This document shows, one piece after another, positions 60,799 through 64,000 of a stretch of DNA of 64,000 bases. Position numbers and translations under genes: made by a program. The stretch is from Paramecium tetraurelia (taxonomy: Eukaryota): the NCBI GenBank assembly GCA_000165425.1, contig CT868011.1, positions 186,001 through 250,000 of the forward strand. Reading direction: 5' to 3'. The notes under the pieces were generated by a model. It searched no databases and was not told the origin of the DNA. It saw only the letters and a list, made by a program, of their open reading frames with translations. How positions within the stretch are numbered: the first letter of the stretch is position 1; each line of letters starts with the position of its first letter.

Positions 60799-63700
60799 AT
60801 GAGAAAAGTTGTTAAGGGAAAGACATCGAGTAATTAGATTATTGCCAAATTGCTTTTTAATAGCTTTATAAGGATGACATAAATAGTCTTAAGAAATAAA
60901 ATCGAACCTTCTTTGTTTCATTTAGTTTTTATTAAAACCCTTCTTTTAATCAAAGCAATTTAAGAAATATAATTAATCTCATCAATTCAATAGGAGGAAA
61001 ACAGAAAAGAATATATACAGATTTCATTATTCTCCGTTTTATCAAAATTTTCATTAAATTCAATTTGGTACAATAAAGATGAGCTAATATTTTATCTATT
61101 ATTATTTTATGGAGTAATTCATTTTTTAGTTGTAATTGTTGCATACTTAGATTAGTAAGGGAAAATAGTATTTGTAAATGTCTTTTTTAAATATTGTTAA
61201 ATTGTATTCCACAATATCATATTCTTACCATCATTGAATATATTTATTAATTTTGCACTTTCATAAAACAATCTAGCATTATCACTAATCGGAATACTAC
61301 TGACGATATTACTAGAATTATTATTTTGTTTTTTCAATCCTAAGATTGCTCTTTTTGAAATCGAAGGATGTTTCTCAATTAGATCAACTAATGGATTTTA
61401 TTTACTAATGCAATTTATTATTTGCTTTGTTGTTTAAGGCAAATAATCGAACACTGTGGCGGCTATTTTATTATTATTAGCAAAATTAGCAGTAATAAAA
61501 CAATAAATACATAATAATGATTACAATAGCTGGTATAATTTGTCTATTTCAAATTTTGTTATTTCTTATATTTTAGTGTTTTTGACAAATTAGTTTTGGA
61601 AAGATTTGGTTCTTATATATATTTTATTGAATACTCTCTTGAAATGTCTCAGATAAACAAAATGTGAAACAGAAGCATTTTAAAACAAAAATCTAACTTT
61701 TTATCAATATACAATATTAAAACATCCTCAAATGAGATCTAGTTTGAAAGACTTTTCACTATTTTATAGGACCCTATCTGAAAACAGAAAATCTAACTAT
61801 TAAGAGTAAATGATAAAAGAAGGATAATTTGAAGAAAGATTTGCTATTATAAATCACGTCTATCAATTTAATCAAATCTAATTATATTTAAATTTGATCA
61901 AAATTAATTCAGATTAACTAAATTGGTTTTAAAAAACAAAACTTGAAGCAAACCTTCTTAATACTATATAATCCTCTTAAAAAGCAATGACATCTTCTTT
62001 AAATGTTCGATAATTCATTCAAGCACTTGATGTGGAATAATAAAACTTATGGCTTTTAATTAATTTAATTGATGTAAAATGCCAGTTTTATAATTTTTTA
62101 ATTAAAGAGTAACCTCTTTATTAATATTTATAAAATTTCAAAAAACAATTTGATAAATTAATATATGCCCTTGAAAAATTTAAGGGTATTTTCGAAGGCT
62201 AATATGATCTTGAATCTGGAAAAATGAAAACTTCCAACACTTTCGATTATATTTCCATATATATCATATCTTCTTTTGAATATATTTTTTATGGTAATTA
62301 TTTCAAAGTAATTTAACAATTGGTAATTTTAGGCAAAAGAACTTGAAAAAAAATAGAATGAAGTATCTGCATTAGATAAAATTATGAACTTGAAATTCTA
62401 AAGAAGTATTATATTAATAAATATAATAGATGAGGCTTTCCTTGTGTCTACAAGTGTTATTAGGAACTCCTATACAATTTTAAATTCTAAGAATAAGAGA
62501 CTAATGTTAGTGTTAGAATAAGAAAGTGAACCAAAGTTGATTAGTGATTTTCTACCTCCATTTTCAAATACGATTTACAATAATCTTGTAAGTAATTACC
62601 TTTAGACAGGGTTTAATATAAAATAGCCTTGTTCTCTATATTTTTTGAGATTTGACTACTTAGTTGAGTGTGATTTTTATATAAATGCCCAAATGAGCAA
62701 GGACGACATAGTATTGTAAAATTATTTTGTTTTGAAAAATTAACCTAATCATTTACTTGTATTTGATAATGAAGGTAAAATATTAGGGATAACTTATGAC
62801 ATTTTTGGTTATTTAATTTAAAAATCAGACAATACCTATACAAAGAATTTATCAGTTTCACAATTTTTACATTGTGGAATGATTCAATATTATTTGCCAG
62901 AAATCTATAAGTTTATTTAAGATTTGGCAGGCTAACCTTCATCTGTTAGTAACCAACAGATTCTAAATATCGCATCGAGATGGGATTTTCCAATTAACCA
63001 TAAAAAATGCTTAGATTCTACTTAAAATCTACTACACTAATCAGATGAATAGAGTCACAAATCAGTAAAAAAAAAGCCTTTGTATCACTAAACTTGGAAG
63101 AAATAATAAAGTTAGGTGTTGTTGGATGAAAATATTATAATTTAAAATGTATTGGTAAAACTAATGTAAAAGCAACTAATCTAATAAATACAAAATCTTG
63201 TTGTACCTTCTTCTAGGATGAAAAGCATTGAGTTTGAGGGTTCGTTGGAATTTGTAAAGGTTAAATAGATGGAAGGTGATTCATGTTATTTTATATTGAG
63301 ATTTAAACAAATAGAAGATTATTCATAAGATAAAGTTTAGAAGATTGTTTAAGAATATTAATTTTATTCATCGTTGGCGATTGATGAATAACAATATGAA
63401 GATTTACAAATAGATTACGAATTTATTAGAAAAATAATCAATTATAAAACTTTCAATAATTCACTTAAATACAATATTATAATACTGCTATTCATGATAA
63501 TCATTACGATTCTTGCTTTAATTATCAATTATACTTAAAATTATGAATAGATGATCTATTACTAGCATTTAGTTAATTTTCTTACTACTCCTTAGGCAAT
63601 GACTTATAATATAGGAGCCGCATTTATATTGATGTGGAATCAATATTGTATTTAAAATAAATTGTATTTAACAAGTCCTTATTTAGAGTAGAGAAGAGAA

Positions 63701-64000
63701 ACTTAACTAGTTGGTTTATTCGAATTTTGGAATTAAGTCCAAGAAGAATATACTATGAAACTAAGTATGAAGAGCATAGAATTAGGGATGAATAATATAA
63801 GTTTAATCTCGTTTGAGAACAATATTAAATCTACTGCTGATATAGATTTCTATTCATTTTATGCAATAATGCGAGAATCTATGGTAAGATAGTTTAAAAA
63901 TACTGATTTTAATGATAGTACTACTTTTGATCCTGGAATATTGTAAACAAATGGAACAATTAGACAAAATATGCTATAAATATTTAAGTTTCATCACAAA
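60799..64000 (+). CDS. Large multi-TM PAS-domain protein (TmcB/TmcC-like ciliate family), truncated by the window end
   Basis: Continuous frame from ATG 60799 with an N-terminal TM bundle, a 25-nt intron near 62308-62332, PAS-like 'ISDFLPPFSNTIYNNLVSNYLQTG' and 'LVFDNEGKILGIT', then more TMs. Confidence 0.75.

Noticed and set aside
2508..61144. Most short ORFs in the supplied track, e.g. 5584-5784, 21335-21526, 26501-26716, 39930-40223, 42721-43005
   Set aside because: They are antisense or off-frame shadows of real genes, or fragments cut at TAA/TAG by the standard code.
1..64000. tRNA/rRNA genes, telomeric C4A2/C3A3 tracts, transposase ORFs, CRISPR arrays
   Set aside because: None recognised by eye; a tRNAscan-SE or Infernal run would be needed to exclude small ncRNAs.

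Overview
AT-rich eukaryotic DNA, almost certainly a Paramecium macronuclear chromosome segment. The supplied ORF track is fragmented because TAA/TAG encode Gln (ciliate code, table 6; only TGA stops) and genes carry tiny ~21-29 nt GT-AG introns. Re-translated by hand, the window holds about 35 densely packed genes: a CNBD K+ channel, THP3/LENG8, RPN7, CEP19-like, PI-PLC, MUL1-like RING E3, Ap4A phosphorylase, a very divergent alpha-like tubulin, a Kelch protein, a PB1 protein, APC5, NFS1, PPIL2, CCDC81-like HU protein, kinesin, a giant Ig+coiled-coil protein, COX11, a calmodulin-like protein, a degenerate His-kinase-like membrane protein, DCAF7-like, mitochondrial RF1, dCMP deaminase, a P450, a stand-alone LKR and a PAS-type multi-TM protein running off the end. 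Several ~0.5-1.5 kb decayed stretches lie between them. I found no tRNA, rRNA, CRISPR array or recognisable transposon, and no single novel multi-gene system. The best leads are head-to-head genes with ATGs only 9-21 bp apart, a tubulin lacking the catalytic Glu with an out-of-frame YEEF tail, an 18-bp hairpin starting on the TGA of an orphan gene, and several probable pseudo-enzymes or altered enzymes. All family calls come from remembered motifs, not database searches, and gene ends inferred across introns are approximate.
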